64,000 bases of DNA from an archaeon (GCA_024276825.1 JAJRWI010000077.1:1-64000); one strand, 5' to 3'; positions 20,301 through 29,201 are shown, counted from the stretch's first letter. Notes: generated by a model not told the origin, from the sequence alone. Translations and numbers: made by a program.

Positions 20301-23300
20301 TGGACGCGACGCTCTCAATCTGACTGATCTCGACTTTACGAACTATACAATTTATGACTCCGATAACAATATTATTTCAACAGGCAATCTCACCCATCTT
20401 GGCTCCGGCATCTATCGGTTCTCGGACTCCAACCTCAATACATCAGATGTTGGAAGCTATGAGATTGTAATCTGGCTTCATAAACTGAACTATATGAACC
20501 ATACTTTCACTTTAACAGTCACAATCAATGCAGTGCTAACTGAACTTGTCTGGACCACCGACCCATCTGATTATACTTGGGGCACAGGAATAAGTTTTGT
20601 AACCCTTGAGTTTCGAGATACTGTTCATGGGGGAACGATATCTGGTGTGTCAGTGACGTATTCATGGATAGACGTTTCATCAGGGACAACTGTTCTCGTA
20701 GAGTCATCAAGTTCTCTGACATACTTGTATGCAAACAATATTGTTGCAAATGGCACATATCGAATCTATGCCTATGCCACCAAACAAAATTATCTCGCTG
20801 CTGATAGTACATCTGTTTCTTTTCTGGTTTCTCCCGCAAGTACAAGCATCTCGCTGAAATCATCCGACACAATAACTATTGAATGGGGCAGCGAATATGC
20901 AGAGTTTGACTTTGACTATGTTCAGGCACCTTTCACCGTAGCGGGCGCCTCTGTGATTAATATTGATTGGACTGGAGAATACAGTCTTGTTGATTATGAC
21001 AATGGAACTTACACATTGAGAATGCTTGCAGTTCAAGAAGCAGCAAACTATACAGTCACTTTCACGATGTGGATAGAAAATCGTACCAAGGCCTCAGAGA
21101 CCGTATATGTCAATGTGCTGATCCCATTGGATGTTTCATCATCTGAAGGGAAATCACTACAAGACCCAATTCAGGAGTACTGGACACGTTCATTCATGCT
21201 ACAAGTAATCGCTGGAGATCAATCCAATCAATCAGAATATGTTTCTGGAGTAATTGTCACTTACAACTTTCCAGCGGGTGGTATCTCTGGAACTTTCACA
21301 GAGAACGCCACTGGTCAATACTATTGGCTGGAGTTTCCAGCATCACTTGCTCCTGGTCCTGGAGTGTACGAGATTCAAGTGGAAGCAGCAAGAATTGGGT
21401 GCACAGGAACTTCTCTGTCAATTTACATTGAAGTTCTTCCAACTCCAACAAGGATAACCGCTCAGAATCAATTATTGACAGTCTACTATGCAGACTCTTA
21501 CCTACTCAATTTCAGCTGGTCAACAACTATTGATACTCCTGTTGGCATTGAAGGGCCAGATAATGTGCACATTGAACTATGGAAGAGCACGAGTCTTGTC
21601 AATGGAAGTATTGCTGGTATTGTTGAGCTGGGCAATGGTGACTATCAATTCTTGATGGACACACGAATGCTTGGAATGACCGCAGACTCTCCTCTATTTC
21701 CAACTAGTTATTACTTTGTCATCACAATGAACAAACTTGGATACGAGGAGCCTCTTGCCGTCACAATAATCATTCTTGTCTTGCAGACTCCTACAGAGAT
21801 GACAGCAGATCCAATAGAGCCAGTCATCTGGTCGGAAGATTTCACAGTCAGAGTTCACATTCGCGATATAGTTCACAATGAGTATGTCTGGACTGATGCT
21901 TCAGTATACTTCATTTATGAGGACATTAATGTTACAATGACCTCTCTTGGTAATGGGACATTTGTACTGACTGGCGATTCTGCTGACTATTTCTCATCGT
22001 CAGACTTGCCTCACTCAGTTACTATCATCTATACATTACCAAACTACGTTGATGGACAGATTCAGGTGGAAGTGCAGATCAATCCAAAACCTGCCTATAT
22101 TCTTAATCTACCGCTAGATGATACTTATGACTGGACTGACACAATCGATCTTACTCTGGATATTATTATCAATGGCACAACCACAAGACTTGAGGTTGAC
22201 AGTTGCTACTTCTATTGGAAAGAGTACCCTGCAATAAATGGAACACTCGCATATGATTCAATATTCAACAGATATCTTGGTACGGTGAACACAAAACTAG
22301 TTCCAGCAGGTAACCTGACACTTGTGCTTGCAGCAGTCAAGGGCAACTACACAATTCCTGAGATTGAAATCTCACTGGAAATTAAGCCATTGCCTGCCAA
22401 GCTTAATTCAGTATCTGGTGATCTGCTAACTGTGATATATGGTCTTGATCAGTCAGCTCAGATTATTATGGCATATACACACGGAGACAATGATACTGTT
22501 CTGGAAGGTGCGAGAATCACCTTCATTTGGAATGGCCTTGAGCGTGAGGCTCTGTGGAGTGATGGTCAATACATCTTCGAGTTTAATCCATCATCTGACA
22601 CTTCACTTGAAGTTCCTGGTACTCTGGAACTTGTGTTTACTGCAGCACTTCAGAACTACACAACTGAAACTACCACAGTTCTAATGAGACTCGCTGCAAG
22701 AACCGAAATTGTTGGCGGTCCCTATCGAGTCGAGTCTGAACAATATCTCAATCTTATCTTCAAGTATTGGGATGTTGTCAATGACAGACCCGTTGGGTCT
22801 GCAGCCACGGTTCAATACCAGATTGGAAACAACACCCCTGTCACGGTGACTGCAGAGCAGTTTGATGGAACTCAGTACATAATTCGTATACTTGCCGATG
22901 ACATCGGTGAAGTGAGCCCCGATCCCTATCAGATCCGGATATTTGCAAGCGCACCTGGCTATCAGAATTGGACCGTATTGGATGATCCTCAATACATCAC
23001 AGTCTATGTAGACCCACCTACTGTCCAAATACCATTAATAGGCCTATCAATTGAGAGGTCTACGCTGTTTTTGGTTGGCGGAGTCAGTCTGCTGTTCATT
23101 CTTGGTATACTAGGTGCAATCGCAGTTCAACGCATGCGTATACCTTACCAGATTAAGCAGATTAACAAAGCACTGAAAGCTATTGAGAATGACAAGAAGG
23201 CCCGTGTTGAGGGCATCAAATCCATGGGCACTATCATCTGGGAGCTTCTTGAGCCTGGTCTAGCCACACTCAATATCACCCCTGATGTTCTTGGCGCAAT

Positions 23301-23880
23301 CTTGGAAGCTCCCGTAGAAGAAGAGATTGCACTTGAAACTGAGGAACTCCTTGATGAGCTTGAGGCGCTTGAAGATATTGAGGCCGAACCAACTCGGGAA
23401 GATGCTGCTTATGAGGAAGAATTGGTCGCCGAACTGGAAGAAGCAGTTGAAACCGCCGCGCAACCCGTAGAAGTCACAGGGCTGGTGGAAGAGCAGCCCG
23501 AAACCGGAAAGGCAGAGTTGATGCCAGAGGCTGAAGAAGAAACAACAGAAGAATCGGGGCCTGAAGAGGAACTCGAAGAAGATGAAGAAACTGACACTGG
23601 AGAACCTATTACCGAACCAGAACCCCCAGCTGATGAAGAGCCTAGCATGCCAGATGAAGAACCCATTGAAGATCTAAAGGACGACACAATCGAGCCTGAC
23701 ATGGACGAAACTGAAGAGTCAGCGGGAAACATCGACCGGCCAGAAGAAGATGAATCTGTTGAATCCAATGATGAGGCGCCTGAGCCAGAATCGCAACTAG
23801 ATGAAGCCCCCTCTGATGACTCTGATGAATCATCTGGATCAACTGATCTTGTTGATGGAAATGGTGAAGGTGATGAATGA
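17323..23880 (+). CDS. Giant (2185 aa) single-pass surface glycoprotein B, paralog of A
   Basis: Same domain order as 10105-17280 (WWNTTFHYR; VKDLGGNNIEGANV; LGNGDY; TM; acidic tail); GGAGG RBS. Confidence 0.88.
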   Translation: MLTMRRKILLLSFVLVFLLIPGSNNAIFDTVRQDLAVTNHSTISADIEESTPWWNTTFHYRMHVNLTDTNSTTRVDVPTHVWLTFENNTCYKYSIRVVDSNNVEVPSQVYNYTYWENPNYVKSATVFWYANISADSTSVYWVYFSELTTIEQTNYDSVVWFARTTGALSGKFDVNYWSFRGEWYNVTMYNAAGGKITNGAHKKADGTWDWNWGTNRGSMHWNPDGLGGQATSATPPISGTTFVNINGPLFINYTTQLPFGSYAKLNVTYTFYKWGWITRIYIKYTASTGGSGRTDEWVFYPYLTIEGIEVAPDGTQTYYSNWAPSSNKGLPAGFGWWNNNGISHGTVRILHEAYNMPAGHEDDFNNYYYRWWDTSSYEFWDTYHPSVTVQAGTVLKEECAFAVWNGAEGEDGYMRVFNATSRYLPIFREISNVSSYSFRINVKDLGGNNIEGANVTLLNPITGARLYKPTGAPYTDLTDSDGNVTFIGLLNQTYRIDVWIDTTTWLTPEAGATGMNVTWSGTAVADGPFTPVSITLDLASITIHLDDLAGDPLGTVGAETVKVWIYNASDPSRANWKYMDYETTDSSGDLTFYRLPKCDWLFNFTYSNTDTGHIYTKADFGLYVSHNIDESLITDDLTRSWVLPLTTIDFYVEAYDGQPVENTYVRISKAGTADPIATGVTDSYNITHMTDANGNVTFYRVLKGNWTVVVYRTDDYGQTAYNTSEYVYDTTGYAYKKISIPLTWLRIRVVDNNNNRVTGAKIDLYANGVFLVTAYSDSAGEYNFHWIKANDTSIGWSYTVTISKNTAQTSDSVYASYDYLHWNTITLTPPAYTQKYTELNCTASVYSWYYADNGTFQIGWFNRTSTSPSTWEDQSLNQSEYFAGTMNFTISHNGVVIGFGVWNSTHHLYISHYTSDGIYFTIAIDTLLFKMNASNIPYIITIKAETPNYDAPEEYTVTVVISVASTTRNGATSLEAYYLDGFAALYSLTTNPSGRDALNLTDLDFTNYTIYDSDNNIISTGNLTHLGSGIYRFSDSNLNTSDVGSYEIVIWLHKLNYMNHTFTLTVTINAVLTELVWTTDPSDYTWGTGISFVTLEFRDTVHGGTISGVSVTYSWIDVSSGTTVLVESSSSLTYLYANNIVANGTYRIYAYATKQNYLAADSTSVSFLVSPASTSISLKSSDTITIEWGSEYAEFDFDYVQAPFTVAGASVINIDWTGEYSLVDYDNGTYTLRMLAVQEAANYTVTFTMWIENRTKASETVYVNVLIPLDVSSSEGKSLQDPIQEYWTRSFMLQVIAGDQSNQSEYVSGVIVTYNFPAGGISGTFTENATGQYYWLEFPASLAPGPGVYEIQVEAARIGCTGTSLSIYIEVLPTPTRITAQNQLLTVYYADSYLLNFSWSTTIDTPVGIEGPDNVHIELWKSTSLVNGSIAGIVELGNGDYQFLMDTRMLGMTADSPLFPTSYYFVITMNKLGYEEPLAVTIIILVLQTPTEMTADPIEPVIWSEDFTVRVHIRDIVHNEYVWTDASVYFIYEDINVTMTSLGNGTFVLTGDSADYFSSSDLPHSVTIIYTLPNYVDGQIQVEVQINPKPAYILNLPLDDTYDWTDTIDLTLDIIINGTTTRLEVDSCYFYWKEYPAINGTLAYDSIFNRYLGTVNTKLVPAGNLTLVLAAVKGNYTIPEIEISLEIKPLPAKLNSVSGDLLTVIYGLDQSAQIIMAYTHGDNDTVLEGARITFIWNGLEREALWSDGQYIFEFNPSSDTSLEVPGTLELVFTAALQNYTTETTTVLMRLAARTEIVGGPYRVESEQYLNLIFKYWDVVNDRPVGSAATVQYQIGNNTPVTVTAEQFDGTQYIIRILADDIGEVSPDPYQIRIFASAPGYQNWTVLDDPQYITVYVDPPTVQIPLIGLSIERSTLFLVGGVSLLFILGILGAIAVQRMRIPYQIKQINKALKAIENDKKARVEGIKSMGTIIWELLEPGLATLNITPDVLGAILEAPVEEEIALETEELLDELEALEDIEAEPTREDAAYEEELVAELEEAVETAAQPVEVTGLVEEQPETGKAELMPEAEEETTEESGPEEELEEDEETDTGEPITEPEPPADEEPSMPDEEPIEDLKDDTIEPDMDETEESAGNIDRPEEDESVESNDEAPEPESQLDEAPSDDSDESSGSTDLVDGNGEGDE

Positions 23881-23999
23881 TTGAGAAAAGGCGATAGGTC
23901 AACCATAGACAGGCAATGCTCATATTCATTCTGGCATCTGTATATCATGAAGCCATATCGCCAGTTCCCAACCTGCTGGACATTGGACGGTGATCAAAT

Positions 24000-24881
24000 A
24001 TGATTAGAGAGATTCATGTCTTTAAGGATGGCGAGACTCTGTTCGAGGATGTCATTGTGCCCAACAAAGACCTAGACACAAAAGCAGTAATGATGCTTGT
24101 TTCCTCATCCTGCAAGAAACTGCAAGAGTGGAAAATTGACAGCATGGAGATTGAACGCTTTCGATATGTATACATGAACAGTCATGATACACAATTCATC
24201 ATCACTATGGACCGCCAGGCCTCATTAATGAAGGTTCACGAGGCAATGACATCTGCTGTATCAAAATTCATGACTGCCTTTGAGAGTGTTCTGGAAACTG
24301 ATGAATGGAAATCAACTGACTTTTCACCCTTCAAGGATGGCTTTAGAAGGATTGTCAGTAGGATTCCAGTGAAAGTCTGTCTTGCAGGTCATGGTGGTAC
24401 CGGTAAAACAACTCTTCTTGAGCTTGCCACAATGCCATCGCAAGGGCCACCTCAAGAGTATGTGCCAACTTTCTTTGGCGATAAGGCTCTATTAAAGGCA
24501 GACTTTGATCCATATGTGTTCAGCATGTTTGACCTTGGTGGCCAAGACCGTTTCGTACAAGAATGGGGCAAGATAATTCGGGCTGGTTCTCTTGTTGTGA
24601 TTGTGACAGACTCTACTACTGAGAACTTGGCATGGACCAAGAGAGTCGCTTACCCCGTTCTAAAGAACGAGTTACCTTATGCACGGGCAATAGCAATAGC
24701 AAACAAGCAGGATCTTCCTGGAGCTCTATCGCCTCAAGAGGTGAGCAGGAAGCTGGGAGTACCGGCGTACGGCATGCAGGCAAATAAGATGGACTTTAGA
24801 GATCGATGGTTGAAACTGCTAAGAGGGTTGGCTTTTGAAACCCTTGATTTTGCAGTAGTAGGAGAAATAGAGGTGGAATAA
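24000..24881 (+). CDS. Longin-domain / Arf-like small GTPase fusion
   Basis: G1 GHGGTGKTT, G2 YVPT, G3 DLGGQ, G4 NKQDLP; the N-terminal ~120 aa has a longin-like beta-beta-alpha-beta-beta-beta-alpha pattern. Confidence 0.88.
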   Translation: MIREIHVFKDGETLFEDVIVPNKDLDTKAVMMLVSSSCKKLQEWKIDSMEIERFRYVYMNSHDTQFIITMDRQASLMKVHEAMTSAVSKFMTAFESVLETDEWKSTDFSPFKDGFRRIVSRIPVKVCLAGHGGTGKTTLLELATMPSQGPPQEYVPTFFGDKALLKADFDPYVFSMFDLGGQDRFVQEWGKIIRAGSLVVIVTDSTTENLAWTKRVAYPVLKNELPYARAIAIANKQDLPGALSPQEVSRKLGVPAYGMQANKMDFRDRWLKLLRGLAFETLDFAVVGEIEVE

Positions 24882-24882
24882 G

Positions 24883-25443
24883 ATGTCAGATCCAAGTGAA
24901 ACCACAAAGAGTATACTTAGTGAGGAGGAGCGAAAGAGACTCATCACTGAAATTGGGAATATAAAGAATATTCTTGATAGCTTCAAATATGGCCTGAACT
25001 TCGAGCAATTCGCTGATGCTTTGTTCAAGACCATTGACCGCCAGACACTGGCAATCAACAAGCTAGAGGCGCAGATGAGAGAGATCATTGAGAGAATGAA
25101 GAATCTTGAGAAACGATTCGATGAAGGTATTAGAGTCACAGTTTCTGGAGCTGTGAGTGCCGAAGGTGGTATTGAACCAACAGAAGTGATAATTGGCGAC
25201 AAGGCAGAAGAAAAGGCAAAAGAAGAACCAACTACTCCTCCTGATATTGAAGTCATCAAAAAAGAGATAGAAGAGCTGAAAATCAAAATTGCCAAGCTGT
25301 TCGAGAAGGAGAATGAACTCACTGAGATGGCCATGAATGACCCGGCAGCAGCCGATGAGTATGAAGAGAAAGCAAGAGTTGCTCGTGAAATGAGAGTTGA
25401 ACTGGAGGCCAAGAAAAAAGAATTGGAGGACAAACTGCAATAG
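24883..25443 (+). CDS. Coiled-coil hypothetical protein
   Basis: Two E/K-rich heptad segments joined by a short linker; GAGGTG RBS. Confidence 0.8.
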   Translation: MSDPSETTKSILSEEERKRLITEIGNIKNILDSFKYGLNFEQFADALFKTIDRQTLAINKLEAQMREIIERMKNLEKRFDEGIRVTVSGAVSAEGGIEPTEVIIGDKAEEKAKEEPTTPPDIEVIKKEIEELKIKIAKLFEKENELTEMAMNDPAAADEYEEKARVAREMRVELEAKKKELEDKLQ

Positions 25444-25458
25444 CAATTGAGGTGATCA

Positions 25459-25806
25459 ATGAAAATGGGAATTTTCGATAAATGGAGAAGGAAGAAGCAC
25501 AGAGCTGAAATGAGTGGTACTAAAGTGCCTGCACCACGACCAATTTCTGCAAGGGAAATGAGTTCTGAAGTGCAGGCGGAGATAGTCAGTCTTGTTGCTG
25601 AATATGAGCAATTGTACAAGCGACGATCAGAACTTCAAGCTGAAAGAAGCGAATTGACTGAGCGCCTGGACCGCGGTGAATTGACCGCAATTGAATTCAG
25701 GAAACTTCTGATGGAGAAGATTCAGGAAGCCGCACAAGTGGCAGAGAGCTTAAAAGCAACAGCTGCTCGGTTGACAGAACTCGGCTATCGTGGAGTACTT
25801 CGCTGA
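25459..25806 (+). CDS. Small helical-hairpin/coiled-coil protein (steadiness-box-like motif)
   Basis: Heptads flanking LDRGELTAIEFRK; GAGGTGA RBS. Confidence 0.75.
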   Translation: MKMGIFDKWRRKKHRAEMSGTKVPAPRPISAREMSSEVQAEIVSLVAEYEQLYKRRSELQAERSELTERLDRGELTAIEFRKLLMEKIQEAAQVAESLKATAARLTELGYRGVLR

Positions 25807-25807
25807 G

Positions 25808-27196
25808 GTGGGAACGCTGTCCAGGCGTGAAGATGAAGAACCCGAGACCCCCTCTGATATTGAGGAAAGGACTCGTCAGCTAATGGAGAAAGCATTAGGC
25901 ACCTCTGAATCGACAGATGTGCATGATGAAGGAGCCCCATTAGCACCAAGCACATCTCTCGCGGGACAGATATCTGAAACTTTTTTCAGGATTCAGATTC
26001 GCATGGAAGATCTCATCTCATCGATTGAAGACTCGATTAGGTCTATAGAACCTGAGATCAACGAGTCCCTAAAGAGCACGATTGAATCCATTTCTGAGCG
26101 GTTAAGGCGTGAGGCAGGTCTTGGTGTGTTCACAAGCAAGACAGTGAAAATTGTAAGAGAAGAGCTGGAAAAGGCCCTCTCCGTAGAGGCAGTTCATAAG
26201 GGCCTATTTGCTGCTCTTGCTGAAAGCCGTGAACAGGTGCGTGACATAATTCAAAAAACCAGCCGCGGTTCAATTCGTGAAATTGACAGACGCATTAGCA
26301 CATTACAATCGAAAATTGTTCATGTTTATGCCAGACTGAACGAGCGAGAGCAAGAGATTGACAAGTTAAGATCAACAATAACCGAGCTTCGCAGCAAGAT
26401 TTCCGAGATGAATGACATAATCGCACGTAAGGACAAAGAGATGGCTGAATATGTTAAACGACTTGACTCATTATTAGCAACCAGAGACCAATTGGCTGCA
26501 AAACTTGTCGAACAAGACTCCACCATATCCTCATTAACTGGACAGCTCAAGCAAGCAAGCTCTGAGATATTGCAATTGAAGACAATGATTGAGAAGATGG
26601 ACTCTGCTGAGGAGCTTGTTGTCGAATATGAAAACATGACAAAGACACTATCTGAATTGCAGGGACGCTTGGCTGAACTTCAGGAAACCCTCAAGCAGAA
26701 AGACATGACTATTGACGAGCTAAGCGAAACAATTAAGGAGTTCAATGCCGAGAGATCTGAACTTCAGTCACGTGTGCAAGAATTGGATGAAGAGGTCTCA
26801 CAGCTTCGTGGTGCCAAAGAGGGCTTGCTGTTAGAGATCGAAACCCTCAGGCGAAAGATTGCTGAACTTCAGGCACGTTGGGAACTATTATATCAAGTGG
26901 CTGAGGAAAGCCCTGCTTTCAGAGCATATTTTGTGGTCGCTGATAAGGAACACTGGTTTCCCCTATCTCACCTGTCTTCAGCACTGGGCATTCCTGTTGT
27001 GCGACTGAAACAACAATTAGAACGATTCATAGAAGTTGGTCTCTTAGAGATTGATGGCGACCGCATCCGCCCGAAAAAGCTCACTGAGGTTGTCAAAGAG
27101 GTCTTGGACCAGGATGAAAGGGTCCTTTCAGAGGCGAGGGGGGACTTGGGCATGGGGGATGACACCAATAATGAACAATCAGACAACGATACATGA
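25808..27196 (+). CDS. Long coiled-coil protein with C-terminal winged-helix-like domain (start uncertain, 25790-25817)
   Basis: About 200 aa of continuous heptads, no Walker motifs; C-terminal LSHLSSALGIPVVRLKQQLERFIEVGLLEI wHTH-like segment. Confidence 0.8.
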   Translation: MGTLSRREDEEPETPSDIEERTRQLMEKALGTSESTDVHDEGAPLAPSTSLAGQISETFFRIQIRMEDLISSIEDSIRSIEPEINESLKSTIESISERLRREAGLGVFTSKTVKIVREELEKALSVEAVHKGLFAALAESREQVRDIIQKTSRGSIREIDRRISTLQSKIVHVYARLNEREQEIDKLRSTITELRSKISEMNDIIARKDKEMAEYVKRLDSLLATRDQLAAKLVEQDSTISSLTGQLKQASSEILQLKTMIEKMDSAEELVVEYENMTKTLSELQGRLAELQETLKQKDMTIDELSETIKEFNAERSELQSRVQELDEEVSQLRGAKEGLLLEIETLRRKIAELQARWELLYQVAEESPAFRAYFVVADKEHWFPLSHLSSALGIPVVRLKQQLERFIEVGLLEIDGDRIRPKKLTEVVKEVLDQDERVLSEARGDLGMGDDTNNEQSDNDT

Positions 27197-27221
27197 ATAA
27201 CTAACTGGTAGGTGCATTGAA

Positions 27222-27563
27222 TTGGCAAGATCACTTGACGAAGTAATGAGGTTCCTAGAAAACTATACACTGGCTTGGCATCATTGGCTAATGATTCTAG
27301 CTTTGTTGAAATTGGGGGGTGCAGCGACCAAGGCGCAGATCTTCCCGGTGTACAAGAAGGAGGGCTTTTCTCCTCATGCAATTGAGGATGTGTTTCGCAG
27401 AGATTTGATAGAGCTTGGCGAAGCAATAGATATTGATGGCGACATAGACACTCTTCAAGACTCAACAATGATTTATCTTAGTGATAATCCCAAGTTTCAA
27501 CGGTTCATAAAGAAACATCTGAAGTCGGTGGTCCGAACTCTAAAGATGCAGAGACCGAACTGA
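27222..27563 (+). CDS. Small hypothetical protein, possible winged helix
   Basis: 113-aa ORF, TTG start after a GGTG RBS, last gene of the co-oriented cluster. Confidence 0.7.
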   Translation: MARSLDEVMRFLENYTLAWHHWLMILALLKLGGAATKAQIFPVYKKEGFSPHAIEDVFRRDLIELGEAIDIDGDIDTLQDSTMIYLSDNPKFQRFIKKHLKSVVRTLKMQRPN

Positions 27564-27609
27564 GTCCTGTTCGTAAATCTTTTGAACACATCTATCCTGA
27601 TACGCATGG

Positions 27610-27948
27610 TTGAGCATATTGAGCGTTAGAGCATCAGTTTGCAGTTCATGTGATCGGGCCATTGTGCCCCCTCGAAAAATATGTCCCTACTGCGGGCCTT
27701 CTGTTGAACCAATGAGAACAATAACCCTGGATGGTAAAGGTAAAGTCCTTAGTCATACTACTCTACATATGCCACCCGCTGGCTTTAAGGCCCCACTCCA
27801 TCTTGCTCTTGTTGTTCTAGAACACAATGCAATTGTCTTATGCCATGCTCTAAACGAGTCTGATGCCATGATTAAGATTGGTGACCGCGTTCAAGTTACA
27901 ACAGGCGAAAAGGAACTTCTCTACTATACGAAGATCAGACCTCTTTGA
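27610..27948 (+). CDS. DUF35-type Zn-ribbon/OB-fold protein
   Basis: CSSC...PPRKICPYC, GKGKVLSHT, P.GFKAP and IKIGDRV motifs. Confidence 0.88.
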   Translation: MSILSVRASVCSSCDRAIVPPRKICPYCGPSVEPMRTITLDGKGKVLSHTTLHMPPAGFKAPLHLALVVLEHNAIVLCHALNESDAMIKIGDRVQVTTGEKELLYYTKIRPL

Positions 27949-28010
27949 ATCGCAACTATAAGCAACTGTTTCATGAGCTACTAATTTAAGGTAGAATTTC
28001 TGAGGATGAG

Positions 28011-29195
28011 TTGGTGTCAGATCAAATGGACTACTTGTCAACGGTTCTTTGGACGGATGAAGAGTTAGAGTTTAGAAATGAAGTTCGTGCCTTCTGCGAG
28101 AAAGAGATTGCTCCGATTGCTGACGAACTTGATAAAGGCCCCTATCCCCGTGAACTGATCCGCAAGATTGGACAGGCTGGATATATGGGGGTTCATCACT
28201 CAAAAGAGGCAGGTGGCTCTCAGAAAGGCCTCTCCTATGAGATTATTGTGGCTGAAGAGATATCTGCCGTGAATCCCGGACTGGACATGGCCAGAATGGC
28301 ATCCACAACTCTCTATGGTATGCCAATAAGCAAGTTCGGGACCGAGGAGCAGAAAAAGAAATACCTTCTTCCCATCGTGAACGGAGAAAAGATAGGGTGT
28401 ATTGGCATCACCGAGCCAGATGTTGGTTCGGACACCGCTGGAATGAAGACCCGTGCTGAGAAGGATGGCGATGAATGGGTCATCAATGGAGAGAAACGGT
28501 TTATCACAAATGGCAGTCAGGCTGATTACATGTGCTGCTTTGCTATCACTGATCCTACGGTGAAATCGAAGCAGGGGATGACCGCATTCATTGTGGATAC
28601 AAAGACTGATGGGTTCAGTGTGGTCAAGGATCATGACCTTATGGGTATGAAGTCCGCAAGGGTTTCATGGCTGAAACTTGAGAATGTCAGGGTGCCACCT
28701 GGAATGGTCTTGGGCGAGCCTGGTCAGGGGTTTCAAATCCTCATGGATGAACTTGATAGTGAGAGGACGGCAATTGCCGCCGAGGCTATTGGATATGGCC
28801 GCACACCATTTGAAGTTGCTGTAAAGTATTCAAATGAACGGGTTCAATTTGGAAGACCCATAAGAGCGTTTGAGGGTGTCAGTTTCAAGATTGCTGATAT
28901 GTACATGAAGCTTGAAGCTGCTCGCGCACTGACCCTAACTGCCGCAAGAATGTATGATAAGGGATTGAAGATCACCAAACAGGCTTCTATTGCCAAACTC
29001 TATGCCACCGAGGCTGCCATTCAGATCACCAATGATGCTCTTCAAGTACTTGGAGGTATGGGCTACACCACAGAATATCCCGTTGAACGCTTTCTAAGGG
29101 ATGCCCGCCTAATGACAATTGGTGGTGGGACCGCTGAGATTTTGCGGTTCTTGATTCAGAGAGAGATCTTCAAGGAATTCTTCCCTAAAAAATAG
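28011..29195 (+). CDS. Acyl-CoA dehydrogenase (start possibly ATG 28026)
   Basis: ITEPDVGSD, NGEKRFITNG, ERVQFGRPI, GGMGY and IGGGTAEI motifs. Confidence 0.95.
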   Translation: MVSDQMDYLSTVLWTDEELEFRNEVRAFCEKEIAPIADELDKGPYPRELIRKIGQAGYMGVHHSKEAGGSQKGLSYEIIVAEEISAVNPGLDMARMASTTLYGMPISKFGTEEQKKKYLLPIVNGEKIGCIGITEPDVGSDTAGMKTRAEKDGDEWVINGEKRFITNGSQADYMCCFAITDPTVKSKQGMTAFIVDTKTDGFSVVKDHDLMGMKSARVSWLKLENVRVPPGMVLGEPGQGFQILMDELDSERTAIAAEAIGYGRTPFEVAVKYSNERVQFGRPIRAFEGVSFKIADMYMKLEAARALTLTAARMYDKGLKITKQASIAKLYATEAAIQITNDALQVLGGMGYTTEYPVERFLRDARLMTIGGGTAEILRFLIQREIFKEFFPKK

Positions 29196-29201
29196 AGGGT
29201 G

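Noticed and set aside
24819-25619. 266-aa antisense ORF
   Set aside because: Shadow of the E/K-rich coiled-coil genes, with no plausible protein features.
25808-27196. Possible SMC/Rad50 ATPase
   Set aside because: No Walker A, Walker B or signature motifs.
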